From contig OZ253564.1 in NCBI GenBank assembly GCA_965262915.1, positions 2,848,001 through 2,912,000 on the forward strand: a DNA stretch of 64,000 bases, given 5' to 3'. Below, piece by piece: positions 1 through 9,270 of this stretch (its first letter is position 1; every line of letters begins with the position of its first letter). A program made the position numbers and the translations under genes. Origin of the DNA: Candidatus Spongiisociaceae bacterium. GTDB taxonomy: Bacteria > Actinomycetota > Acidimicrobiia > Spongiisociales > Spongiisociaceae. A model generated the notes under the pieces. That model ran no database searches. It was not told where the DNA came from and saw only the letters and a program-made list of their open reading frames with translations.

Positions 1-234
1 GCCGAGGTGCCCGCCCCTGCCGGCTGAGGCCCGGCGGTCTCTGGATGAACCAGGTACTAGAAGTGGGACTTACCTACTCAGCTGCCGCCTGACACACCTT
101 GTCAGCTGGCCGTTCGCCGCTGTGGGCAGCGGAGGACCCTTCCGCTGGAGGCGCTCAGGCGCTGTGGCTGTGGGTGTTGGGCCAGCCCAGGTCGGAGGGC
201 GTCGTCACATGGATACTCGGCGGCGGTGGCACCG

Positions 235-1332
235 CTAAGGCCGTATTGGACGCTCCTCTCCCTTGATCGTGAGTTTGATCTTGTCCGCAAACTCCCTCTT
301 GTCCCCGGTCACACGAACCTCTCTCTTCGCTTGGACTCTTAAGCTTCCCGTTACCCCGACGTACTCGGCTTCGTCCAGGATCACACGGACGGCCTTTGCC
401 AAAGACCGTGCGGGTTGGGGGCCAGCCATTCCCCTGAACGCATCGGTTCCTACAGCAGCCTCGAAATAACGCCACTTCCCAAAGGTACCGCGGTTCTCTG
501 TCAGCACATCCCGTATGGTTGCGAAGTCTGCTTCGATCCGATCTCGGCTCTCCCGTGGGAGGTGGTCAAATAGATCCAGCAGGTCGTGGCTCTTGCTCGC
601 TTCATCGGTACAAGTTAGTGAGATGGCCTTCAGCGCGAGCTCGCACGCGAAGGCGGCGATCATCCCGTTCCCTAGCAGCAAGCCAGCTGTCGCAAGAAGT
701 TCTTGCTCTCGGTGCCGCGGGTTCTGGCTCAGGGCATGCGCATCGATCTGGAACGAGACCGACCCATCGGCGTTGACTCGGTAATCGGGAAAGTCCGCGA
801 TCGAGACCCTCTCATGGTCGGTGTTACGGGATACTCCGTCGAGGAGAGCCCTCGCCTGGAGGAAGAACAAACCTGGTGAACCTGCGTCGAAGTCACGGCG
901 GGTGAGCTTTCCCCTAGGGCTTTTGCTGCGGGCAACCCGGTCCAGCAGCTCCTGCTTCGACAACCTGTGGAGCTTAGGAAAAACCTTTTGAGCGAACGGA
1001 CCGTCACCGTACTTGGGTTGATGTCCCAACATCATGTTCAACGCGTTGATGAAGGACTCCTCGGATATCCTCTTTGCCTCTGCCGCTGCAGCGCTGCCTT
1101 CCAGTATCTCGCCACAGACGATGCACTTTAAGCCGGTGACAGCACGCTCCGGGTCGGTTCTTCCCCTGAGGACTCCCCAGCACCGCTTGCAGCGTCCCGT
1201 GGCATCGAACTCTGAGAAGGGGGGCTGGCCACCGATGACACCGAGCGAGACGGTTGTGGCGTCCATGTCCCAGTCCCACTCAATGGGAATCGTCTGTTTG
1301 GTTCTCTCACTCGGTTCGTTCATGTCGATCAA
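235..1332 (-). CDS. Zn-ribbon + HEPN-like domain protein
   Basis: 365-aa ORF. N-terminal CKRC...CIVC pair; C-terminal AFACELALKA...SHDLLDLFDHL...FGKWRY pattern typical of HEPN domains. Confidence 0.65.
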   Translation of the reverse strand: MIDMNEPSERTKQTIPIEWDWDMDATTVSLGVIGGQPPFSEFDATGRCKRCWGVLRGRTDPERAVTGLKCIVCGEILEGSAAAAEAKRISEESFINALNMMLGHQPKYGDGPFAQKVFPKLHRLSKQELLDRVARSKSPRGKLTRRDFDAGSPGLFFLQARALLDGVSRNTDHERVSIADFPDYRVNADGSVSFQIDAHALSQNPRHREQELLATAGLLLGNGMIAAFACELALKAISLTCTDEASKSHDLLDLFDHLPRESRDRIEADFATIRDVLTENRGTFGKWRYFEAAVGTDAFRGMAGPQPARSLAKAVRVILDEAEYVGVTGSLRVQAKREVRVTGDKREFADKIKLTIKGEERPIRP

Positions 1333-1602
1333 CGCTCTGCTCCTGCTACGTAGGATGCGGGCACATCGAAGTCCATTCCGGGCTGTCTGACCGCTCCGGA
1401 CCGGGTGGCACAGCAGGCGGATGTTTCACGGCGCCGACCATTACCTCGTAGCCGCACCGCGGGCACGGGACTCTCAGAAAGACGTGATCGAAGGGGTACA
1501 CCGTCTGGTCACCTCCGAACAACGGTCCTCGACACACAACCGGGACCGGCCGGCCGTGTCAGGCGGCCAACTCGAGCACTAAAGCCCCGTATGGGTTCGG
1601 GG

Positions 1603-1713
1603 TCAGAAAGCGAAGCGAACACCGACGAGGAGAGCCACCAGGCACACCACGATTCCGACTCCCGCGAACACGACATCGACGACGTCACCTAATAGGTCTC
1701 TGATCAGTTTCAT
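1603..1713 (-). CDS. putative small membrane peptide (36 aa)
   Basis: Manual translation MKLIRDLLGDVVDVVFAGVGIVVCLVALLVGVRFAF*, one hydrophobic helix; no clear RBS. Confidence 0.35.
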   Translation of the reverse strand: MKLIRDLLGDVVDVVFAGVGIVVCLVALLVGVRFAF

Positions 1714-1889
1714 GGTCGTAATTCTACAACCCGACCCTGACAAGGGTCGGTCCCGCCGTCTCACCCGAAATCACAGCAACCGACCGCGGGTGAGAAACGC
1801 ATGTGATTTCTGCAACGTTCCGGATGTTCAGGTCAGGGCCCCCTGTCTGGGTTTTGTTGTGCGAACTGGTGTCCGCAGGGGCGTGCAGA

Positions 1890-2092
1890 TCGTGGGCGGG
1901 TTCCCCCGGCCCCCAAAACGGCTTCTAGGCCTTTGGGTTATAATGGTTAACGTTCCAGGGGCGGTTTGTGGGGCGTTTCCGCCCGAAACCCCTCGAGAGG
2001 GAGAGCCGCCAACGGCGTGCTGGGGGGAACCGGTTACCTGGCTGTCAGCCGGGTGGCGGCAGCGGAGGACCCTTCCGCTGCGAGGGCTCGGG
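1890..2092 (+). repeat. dispersed non-coding element, copy A
   Basis: Aligns by eye with the reverse complement of 20276-20469; its 3' hairpin GCAGCGGA-GGACCCT-TCCGCTG also occurs at 106-159. Confidence 0.7.
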
Positions 2093-2596
2093 GTTCGGGG
2101 TTCCCCCCCGTACCGTGTTCGGCCGTTTCCTCGGATCCGACGGCCAACCCCTCGCCGGTGGGGTGGTGGTCGGCCTCCGCCGCCGGGTCGCGCTCGTGAA
2201 GGTGCTCGACGAGGACGGCCATTACATGCATGAACCGGAGTTGCAGGTGGCCTGACGGCCACCAACGTTCACGCTGGTTTTTAAACGGGCCGGGGGACGG
2301 CGTTAGGGGGGAGGGCCGTTTTTTACAGCGCAGCCTTTTTTCCTGCCCGACTGCCTCTAGACCCGCTCGGTAGTCTGGGTGGGTGAGTAACGGTGAGGCG
2401 TTCGGGGTGTTGGCTGGGCTGCTGGCCGACCAGGACCTAGCGGAGCCTTTGGTGGCTGAGATCGAGCTAGGGCGGACGTTGGCTGGACCGTCCGCGGTCT
2501 CGCTAAGGCGGTTGGTGTGTCGCCGATGTTGATTCAGAAACGGGCGGGACGATGAGGGCTTGGTGGCGGTCCTTCCGGCACCTCGGGTGGTCCCGG

Positions 2597-2708
2597 CACC
2601 TCACCCGGCTTGACCGGGGGGGCCTCGCCCGGCATGACCGGCGCCTCACCCGGAGTGACCGGAGCCTCGCCCGGAGTGACCGGCGCCTCGCCCGGCGTGA
2701 CCGGGGCC
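2597..2708. repeat. 21-bp tandem repeat, about 5 copies
   Basis: Units of GNGCCTCRCCCGGMGTGACCG, e.g. gcgcctcacccggagtgaccg / gagcctcgcccggagtgaccg. Confidence 0.85.
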
Positions 2709-2962
2709 TATGAGGGGTTGCCCCTTCGAATCGTTACCCACCGATGTGCTGCGGCGGCGGTACAGTTTTAGCGGCGTCTGAGAGTACAGACGCGTTTACG
2801 TCGGCCCCCCGCCCTCCTCCGGGGGGTTCGGCGTTTCCGGGTTGACGTGCGGACACCGAGCGTTGACCACGATTAACGGTCGCATATTTGACCGTGGCCG
2901 GGGCGGGTTATGGCCGCCAGCTGCGGAAACCGGTATCTACCTGGGGAAACACCGTCCCGGCT

Positions 2963-2990
2963 ACTTTACATAACCGGTATTATGGGACAT
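2963..2990 (-). other. dif-like XerC/XerD recombination site
   Basis: Reverse strand ATGTCCCATAA-TACCGG-TTATGTAAAGT; 11-6-11 architecture with a TTATG XerD-type arm. Confidence 0.65.
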
Positions 2991-3061
2991 TCCGGAAGGC
3001 TGGACACGGCCAGTGTTTGGGTTGACCCGCTGTAGTGGACGTTTTTGGGTGTCACCACACT

Positions 3062-3215
3062 CTCCGGCAAAACCGGTGCGGTTCATTGAACTCATCGGAG
3101 AACTTGCGTCTCGGTCGAGTCTCTCCCAACAGGACTCCTTCCCCACACGCTGTGTCCATTCTCGGACATCAAACGCGCTCTTTGTGGAAGTGTCCGGCCA
3201 CCGGGGGGAACTCCA
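3062..3215 (-). mobile_element. IS3-family left-end remnant joined to an IS6110-like end
   Basis: Reverse complement resembles 38918-39045 (GGAGTTCCCCCCGGTGG...GGAAGGAGTCCTGTTGGGAG) and runs into TGAACCGCACCGGTTTTGCCGGAGA. Confidence 0.7.
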
Positions 3216-3242
3216 ACCGTACCGGGAAACCCCCGGTACGGT

Positions 3243-4712
3243 TCAGGGGGCGGGTTGGGGTGGATCGGGGTGTTGACTGCGGTGGAGGAGTGTTGCTGCT
3301 TGGGCTCGGGTGGTTGGTTGGTGGGGGCAGTAACGCGCTGGGTTGGTAGCGCATCCTTTGGTTATGCCGGCGGTTGTGGCTGCGTCGATGTTGGCGGCGT
3401 GGGGGTTGTTGGCGATGTCGGTGTATCCGGTGGGGGTTCGGGGCGTCAGTTCGAACGTTCGGGCTAGAAAGGTTGCCATCTGGTCTCTGGTTAGGTGGTC
3501 GTGGGGGCAGAAGCGGGCGGGTTCGGTGGCGCATCCGTGGGTTATTCCTAGGGTGGAGAGCCGTTCGACGTGGGGTGCCCACCACTTGTCGGGGTCGATG
3601 TCGGCGAAGCGGCTGGTCGCCGTCGGGTCGGGTTCGCTGCTGTCGAGGAGTCGCACGAGCCACACTGCCATGGTCCATCGTTGTATGGGCTGGGCGGGGC
3701 AGAACAGTTGGGGACCGCATTCGGTGCTTTGGAGGATGCTCTGGGTGGCGAGTTCCAGTATGGCGGGTTTGTGGGTGCTTGTGCTGGTATCGCTGTAGGG
3801 GGAAGTGTTTCCTGGGGGTGGTGTGTCACCGTGAGGGGGGGCGACACAGCCGCCGGGGCCGCCGCTGTACAGCCTTCTTGTGGTGGTGGTGGTGCCGTTG
3901 TAGCCGGAGCCTTGATGGTCGGTGGTGAGATACCGGAGGATGCCGTGGGAGATGGCTTTGGCTTCGGCGGCTTGCACCTCGGGGTCGGCGAGGAGGCGCG
4001 CCTCGGCGGGGGTGGACAGGTAGGCGGCTTCGGTTATTGCCGATGTCATCCCTGGGGTGTATTGCAGGATGCCGTAGAGGTCTTTGCCGTCGCGTTTTCT
4101 TACGATGGCGTTGGCTCCCTGGAACACGGTGTCGCGCCATCCGATGTCGTAGCGGGACAGGGCGGTGTGGATCTGGTCGTACAGTATTCCGGCGAGGCGT
4201 TGGGATTTGGGGTTGTGGGCCTGATGGTAGGTTTCGGTGCCCGGGTCGGTGGATCGTCGTTGGGCTCCTCCGTTGTGGTGGATGGAAACGAACACGTACG
4301 GGTTGAGGGCTCGGGCGATTTCGGCTCGTACGACAACCGGTATTCGTATGTCGGTGGTGCGGGTGAGTAGAACGCTGTATCCGTGGGCTCTGAGTTCGGA
4401 GGCGGCCAGCCGCGCGATTGTGAGGTTCAGGTCCTTTTCCGATAGGCGGTTCGATCCGAGGGCTCCGTGTTCGGTGCCGCCGTGGCCGGGATCGAGTACC
4501 ACGTCTACGCCGGCAATGTAGGTGCCTGTGGTGACGAGGCTTTCTTTCCAACAGGTAGTCGTGACCTGATAGCCGTCGTCCTGTATCGCCCGTACGGGAA
4601 GCACGACTCCGGAGGGGGTGATGACCACGCCGTTGCCGGGCGGGTTCGGGGTGATGTCCTGAGCCGTGGTGGGGGCCGCGGTTGCCAGCACAGCTAAGGT
4701 CAGCGCTGCCAT
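3243..4712 (-). CDS. N-acetylmuramoyl-L-alanine amidase (Amidase_3) with C-terminal SLH domains
   Basis: VVLDPGHGG, EKDLNL, FVSIHHN and TEAAYLS motifs; signal peptide MAALTLAVLA; three SLH-like repeats (TRDQMATFL, TRAQAATLL). Confidence 0.9.
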   Translation of the reverse strand: MAALTLAVLATAAPTTAQDITPNPPGNGVVITPSGVVLPVRAIQDDGYQVTTTCWKESLVTTGTYIAGVDVVLDPGHGGTEHGALGSNRLSEKDLNLTIARLAASELRAHGYSVLLTRTTDIRIPVVVRAEIARALNPYVFVSIHHNGGAQRRSTDPGTETYHQAHNPKSQRLAGILYDQIHTALSRYDIGWRDTVFQGANAIVRKRDGKDLYGILQYTPGMTSAITEAAYLSTPAEARLLADPEVQAAEAKAISHGILRYLTTDHQGSGYNGTTTTTRRLYSGGPGGCVAPPHGDTPPPGNTSPYSDTSTSTHKPAILELATQSILQSTECGPQLFCPAQPIQRWTMAVWLVRLLDSSEPDPTATSRFADIDPDKWWAPHVERLSTLGITHGCATEPARFCPHDHLTRDQMATFLARTFELTPRTPTGYTDIANNPHAANIDAATTAGITKGCATNPARYCPHQPTTRAQAATLLHRSQHPDPPQPAP

Positions 4713-5038
4713 CAACGGCCCTAGGGTGTGCGTCAGCGGCCGTGATCTCCCGGGCAAAGCTGGCCGACCTCCGGTCCTGTGGCGCCTGACCCGCCGGTGT
4801 AACACCTGGTCCTCCCCCTTTCCCTGGCCCAATCCTTAGTGAACGGTGCGCCGCTATCGGAGATGTGGTCACAAAGAGGTTCCCCACCGTCGGGGGCACC
4901 TCCCGACCCTAGCCTCGGCTCGCCCGGCCGGGTGCTACTGGGGTTTTCTGGTCGACCGGTTGCCGTTGCCGGTTTCATGGCCGGGGCGCCGGACTGGTAC
5001 GGTTCCGGCCTCGGTACGTCCGGCAACCAGGAGGTCCG

Positions 5039-6127
5039 GTGACACGATCACATCCTGCCAGGTCGCGTTGGGTCTTGGTTGTCGGCTGCCTGCTTGCGAC
5101 CATCCTGGGACCAGGTTTCGCGGCCCATGGGCAGAACCGGCAGGGCTTTGAGGATGTCGGCGACAGTGTGCACTCCCCGGCCATCTCAGCTCTCGAGAAG
5201 GCTGGGATCCTCGAGGGTACAGGCTGTGGGGGGGATCGATTCTGTCCGAACGAACGGTTGGAACGCTGGGTCATGGCCGTGTGGATCACACGAGCGGTCG
5301 AGAGCGGAGACCCCAACCCTATGGCGGTGGCACCTTTCACCGACGTTGATAGTGGTGTCTGGTGGGCGCCCCATGTGGAACGTCTCAACCATCTGGGTAT
5401 AACCAGAGGCTGCGCAACCGGTCCGGCCCGGTACTGTCCTCAGGAACCGGTCACCCGCGCGCAGATGGCCTCGTTCCTCGCCCGGGCGTTTCGCCTGGAT
5501 CCCTCCGGATGGGTCGGCTTTGCTGATACCGCCTCCAACACCCACGAACCGAGCATCAACGCGTTAGCCATGGCCAATATCACAACGGGTTGCGATACGA
5601 GTCCTGTCCGCTACTGCCCTGACAGTACGGTCACCCGCGCGCAGATGGCCACGTTCCTTGCCAGGGCTCTCGACCTGGTCACCGGTCCGGGCGTATCCAC
5701 CATCAAGTTCCTGGATGCGTCTCTACGCGAAGCCGTGGCGGGCGGCGCGAAGCACGTCGTCTACGGTCGGGGCGCACAGCATGTTTGGCTGATCGGAGCT
5801 GATGGAACCCTGTTCGATTCGTACCCGGTGAGCGGCAGAGCAGACTGGCCGGTACCGGGGCGTTACAAGGTACTGTCGAAGTCCCGGCATACCCGCTCGT
5901 TTCAGGGTGGAATCACCATGGAGTACATGGTGCGTTTCGTGCAACCACCCGGCAAGGCAGCCACCGGTTTCCATGACATACCTCTCTACGCGGATGGAAC
6001 CCCGATGCAAACCACCGAAGAACTCGGTCAGTACCGGTCAGCGGGGTGTGTGCGCCAGCGGGACGACAAGGCGCAGCAGCTTTACGAGTGGGCGCCGATC
6101 GGTACCCCGGTTGTGGTGCTGGGCTGA
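5039..6127 (+). CDS. SLH-domain L,D-transpeptidase (YkuD family)
   Basis: Signal peptide, three SLH repeats (VTRAQMASFL), C-terminal GFHDIP...SAGCVR catalytic motif and GTPVVV end. Confidence 0.88.
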   Translation: MTRSHPARSRWVLVVGCLLATILGPGFAAHGQNRQGFEDVGDSVHSPAISALEKAGILEGTGCGGDRFCPNERLERWVMAVWITRAVESGDPNPMAVAPFTDVDSGVWWAPHVERLNHLGITRGCATGPARYCPQEPVTRAQMASFLARAFRLDPSGWVGFADTASNTHEPSINALAMANITTGCDTSPVRYCPDSTVTRAQMATFLARALDLVTGPGVSTIKFLDASLREAVAGGAKHVVYGRGAQHVWLIGADGTLFDSYPVSGRADWPVPGRYKVLSKSRHTRSFQGGITMEYMVRFVQPPGKAATGFHDIPLYADGTPMQTTEELGQYRSAGCVRQRDDKAQQLYEWAPIGTPVVVLG

Positions 6128-6296
6128 GACGGACACGTGACAGCCGGGCTGTGGCCGTTCATGGATGCATAGGGGGATGCTCGGATCCGCAGCGGATTCG
6201 TGCCGCCGGACCCTTCTAGTGCATGCCCAGGTGACCGACTCGATCCAGAACTAGAGTCCAACCAGGCCTCCGCCGCGACTCAAACACAGAGGTGTT

Positions 6297-7769
6297 GTGA
6301 ACAAAGCATGGGCAGACCTCCGTCGGCAGGGGCCCGATCCGCTGGTGGCTGTGGCACTGTCCGCCGTTTGGCCGGGTTTGGGCCATTTCGGGCATAGCAA
6401 CGCTCGTGCGCTGCTGCTCACGAACCTGACCCTGGCCGCTGCTGTTGCAGGAGTTGGTCATGCCGCAACACGCAGCCTGGGTACCCTACTCACCTGGAGC
6501 CTGACCCCTTCGTTGCTGCGGGCACTGATCGCCGCCACGCTTTGCGTCCTGGTCTTTCGGATAGCGGTAGCAGCCGACGCGTACCGAACAGCGGCGGTTC
6601 GCTACGGTACCGGCAGTGGGGGCTTGGCCCGGCGGGTCGGAACCCTAGCGACGCTGGTGGTGGTAGCGGTGATCATGGCTGCGCCTCATGCGATCACGAT
6701 CCGTTTCGCCCTAGCGCAGTTGGACCTGCTGTCAGCGGTCTTTGACACGACCGTCACCAGAACGGCGACCCCCACTCCCGTTCCTGCTACCACGCTTCCT
6801 ACAACACTGCCTTCGACTTCTGTTCCCGAACGGTCCACTTCCCTGCCTGCGCTCGCGCACACAACGTCGGTTCCGTCAACTACCGAACCGGTACCGACCT
6901 GGGACGGTGCCGATCGGCTCACCATCGCGTTGCTCGGTAGTGACGCCGGCTTCGACCGCCATGGGGTGAGAACCGACACGATCATTGTGGTCTCCTTCGA
7001 TGTGGCTACCGGCGACGCTGCGGCGTTTAGTGTGCCGCGCAACTGGCATCATGTCCCTTTCCCCGAAGGGACACCCGCCCATGAACGCTGGCCCGAAGGC
7101 TATCCGGGTATCGCCAACGAGATCTACGGTCTAGGGCTTAGACACCCCGAGGCATTCCCACATGTTGAAGATGCTGCCGGTCACGCGGTCAAATCAGCGC
7201 TCGCTCAGCTAACCGGCCTCGACATCCAGTTCTACGTGCTCATCGACATGGTGGGCTTCGTCAAGTTAATCGATCTGTTCGGCGGTATCGACCTGCATGT
7301 CAGCGAATCGATCAACGACCGGATCAAACCGATCGTGCCCGACGGTCCCCACATCGACATAGTTGTCGAACCGGGCGTTCACCACCTCGACGGTTTAACT
7401 TCCCTAGGTTATGTCCGTTCCCGCACCAGAAGCACGGACTGGCATCGCATGACCCGACAACGATGCGTGATCGAAGCCCTGATCGACCAGATCCCGCCCC
7501 TAGAAGTGATCTACAACTATGCCAAGTTCGTCGACATCATCTCCGACCACATCCAAACCGACGTTCCCCTCGACCGTCTGGAAGAACTCATCTTCCTCAC
7601 GGACAGGCTCGACACATCAAGAATCGTCACCGTCAACTTCATCCCGCCCGAGTTCCAGGACGGCGACGCACCCGTCGTCCAAGTACGCGAGGCGGTCGCC
7701 CAGGCGCTGCAGGGTACCAGCGGTGAGGCGAACGCTTTTCTCCGTGACAGATGCAAAGCGCCCTCCTGA
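6297..7769 (+). CDS. LCP family (LytR-CpsA-Psr) protein
   Basis: N-terminal TM helices, Pro/Thr linker, LLGSD...RTDTIIV...SVPRN...YVRSR...DWHRMTRQ motifs. Confidence 0.92.
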   Translation: MNKAWADLRRQGPDPLVAVALSAVWPGLGHFGHSNARALLLTNLTLAAAVAGVGHAATRSLGTLLTWSLTPSLLRALIAATLCVLVFRIAVAADAYRTAAVRYGTGSGGLARRVGTLATLVVVAVIMAAPHAITIRFALAQLDLLSAVFDTTVTRTATPTPVPATTLPTTLPSTSVPERSTSLPALAHTTSVPSTTEPVPTWDGADRLTIALLGSDAGFDRHGVRTDTIIVVSFDVATGDAAAFSVPRNWHHVPFPEGTPAHERWPEGYPGIANEIYGLGLRHPEAFPHVEDAAGHAVKSALAQLTGLDIQFYVLIDMVGFVKLIDLFGGIDLHVSESINDRIKPIVPDGPHIDIVVEPGVHHLDGLTSLGYVRSRTRSTDWHRMTRQRCVIEALIDQIPPLEVIYNYAKFVDIISDHIQTDVPLDRLEELIFLTDRLDTSRIVTVNFIPPEFQDGDAPVVQVREAVAQALQGTSGEANAFLRDRCKAPS

Positions 7770-7808
7770 CCTTCGCTGCCACCAGTTTGGTGCCTCGCCA
7801 CCCATTTC

Positions 7809-8098
7809 GCCCGCTGCTTCGCCCGCCCCCAACTCTGCCACCGCCGGCACCAAGGCGCCTGCGGTGGCACCCGTCTCAACCAGCACCGCGGCCGCCGCCT
7901 CGACGAAAACCTCGCCACCCGAACCCAAGGTGGCGACAGCCCCCCCAAACCGACACCAACAGCAGCACCGAACCCCGCTACCGAACCCAGACAGACGGTT
8001 CCGGTCACCGCTACCGAACCCCGGGTCATCGACCAGGCACAACTGGAAGCCGCCCTGGCTCGACTACCGGCACCTCTAGCCGCCCAACTCGCCCGCCT
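7809..8098 (+). repeat. ~290-bp degenerate direct repeat, copy 1
   Basis: Homologous to 10930-11218 (shared ccgaacccagacagacg..ttccggtcacc; atcgaccaggcacaact.gaagccgccct). Confidence 0.85.
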
Positions 8099-8347
8099 AG
8101 CTAGCCGCTACGGGACCAGTTCGGAATCCACCGCGCAGACCCCCCGGAGGGACACCCCACACCTGTGATATCTGAAAGCCGTAACCCGTCTACCGGTTCA
8201 GGGGATGCTGCTGGGACAGCAATTAACCTGCCAGGTTCTCCTACATCCACGCGTCCGGATGGATTCCTGTCACACTTGGCGCGTACGGTAAGCAGAGAAA
8301 CAGCGGGGCCCCGCCCACGGGGACAACGGGGAGAAAGCGGTGTGACC

Positions 8348-9268
8348 ATGACCGGCCTATTTGACCTAACAGCGATCCTCGCGGATAAGGCTCTCGCCCT
8401 CGCCGTTAGTGAACAAGTCGCCCCTTCAATGAACGGTCCTGCACTTCGACGGTTGTCAGCGGTGCTCGATGATGTCTCGCTTGGGAACGACTTCGTTGAC
8501 CCCGTGGACGCGGAATGGCTTCGAACTGGTGCGGAAAAGGCCGAAACAGCGGGTCGGCTGCCGTTCTGGGAAACGGAAGTGCAGCGGCTGACCGATGAGG
8601 GTGTCGGCATCATCTCCTGTATTGATCCATCGTATCCACCGAACCTGGCCATGATCCACGACCGTCCGCCGTTCCTGTTCGTACGCGGCAACCTGACCGA
8701 GGCCGACGTTCGCGCCGTGGCCGTCGTGGGGACGCGCGCGGCGAGCGATGAAGGCGTGGGACTGGCAACGCGTATTGCGTCCGAGCTGGCAACCAACCGG
8801 ATCACCGTCGTCTCCGGACTAGCGAAGGGCATAGACACGGCAGCCCACGCAGCGGCGATCAACGCCGGTGGTCGCACCATCGCCGTGTACGGAACCACCA
8901 TCGACAGGGTATACCCGGCCGCTAACAGAGGCCTGGCACGCTCCGTTGCCCGCTCTGGAGCTTGCGTCTCTCAGTTCCTCCCGACAATGCGCACCGGTCC
9001 CTGGTGCTTCCCGGTCCGCAACATCACCACTTCGGGACTCTCACTCGGAACGATCGTCGTCGAGGCCGGGGAGACGTCGGGAGCAAAGATGCAAGCCGAA
9101 GCAGCGCTCGCTCACGGCAAGCGGGTGTTCCTCGTTGAAGAACTCACCCGACAACCCTGGGCGAAAGACATGGCAGAGAACCCTCAGGTAACCGTTGCGT
9201 CAAACGCCCACGACATCGTCACGGCCGTCGACGCGGAGGTCGCGCCCCGCGCCGACGTCCTCATCTGA
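8348..9268 (+). CDS. dprA: DprA/Smf-like DNA-processing protein (probable ShosA-like antitoxin)
   Basis: YPPNL..IHDRPPFLFVRG, VAVVGTR, VVSGLAKGIDTAAH, FPVRN, VEAGETSG motifs; lacks the C-terminal winged helix of competence DprA. Confidence 0.88.
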   Translation: MTGLFDLTAILADKALALAVSEQVAPSMNGPALRRLSAVLDDVSLGNDFVDPVDAEWLRTGAEKAETAGRLPFWETEVQRLTDEGVGIISCIDPSYPPNLAMIHDRPPFLFVRGNLTEADVRAVAVVGTRAASDEGVGLATRIASELATNRITVVSGLAKGIDTAAHAAAINAGGRTIAVYGTTIDRVYPAANRGLARSVARSGACVSQFLPTMRTGPWCFPVRNITTSGLSLGTIVVEAGETSGAKMQAEAALAHGKRVFLVEELTRQPWAKDMAENPQVTVASNAHDIVTAVDAEVAPRADVLI

Positions 9269-9270
9269 CC

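Noticed and set aside
2275-2345. Phage cos-like tract
   Set aside because: Only compositional resemblance; no terminase or structural genes.
2597-2708. CRISPR array
   Set aside because: Units are contiguous with no unique spacers, and there are no cas genes in the window.
8348-9268. Canonical competence dprA locus
   Set aside because: No C-terminal winged helix or comM/xerC context; coupled to a PRTase instead.
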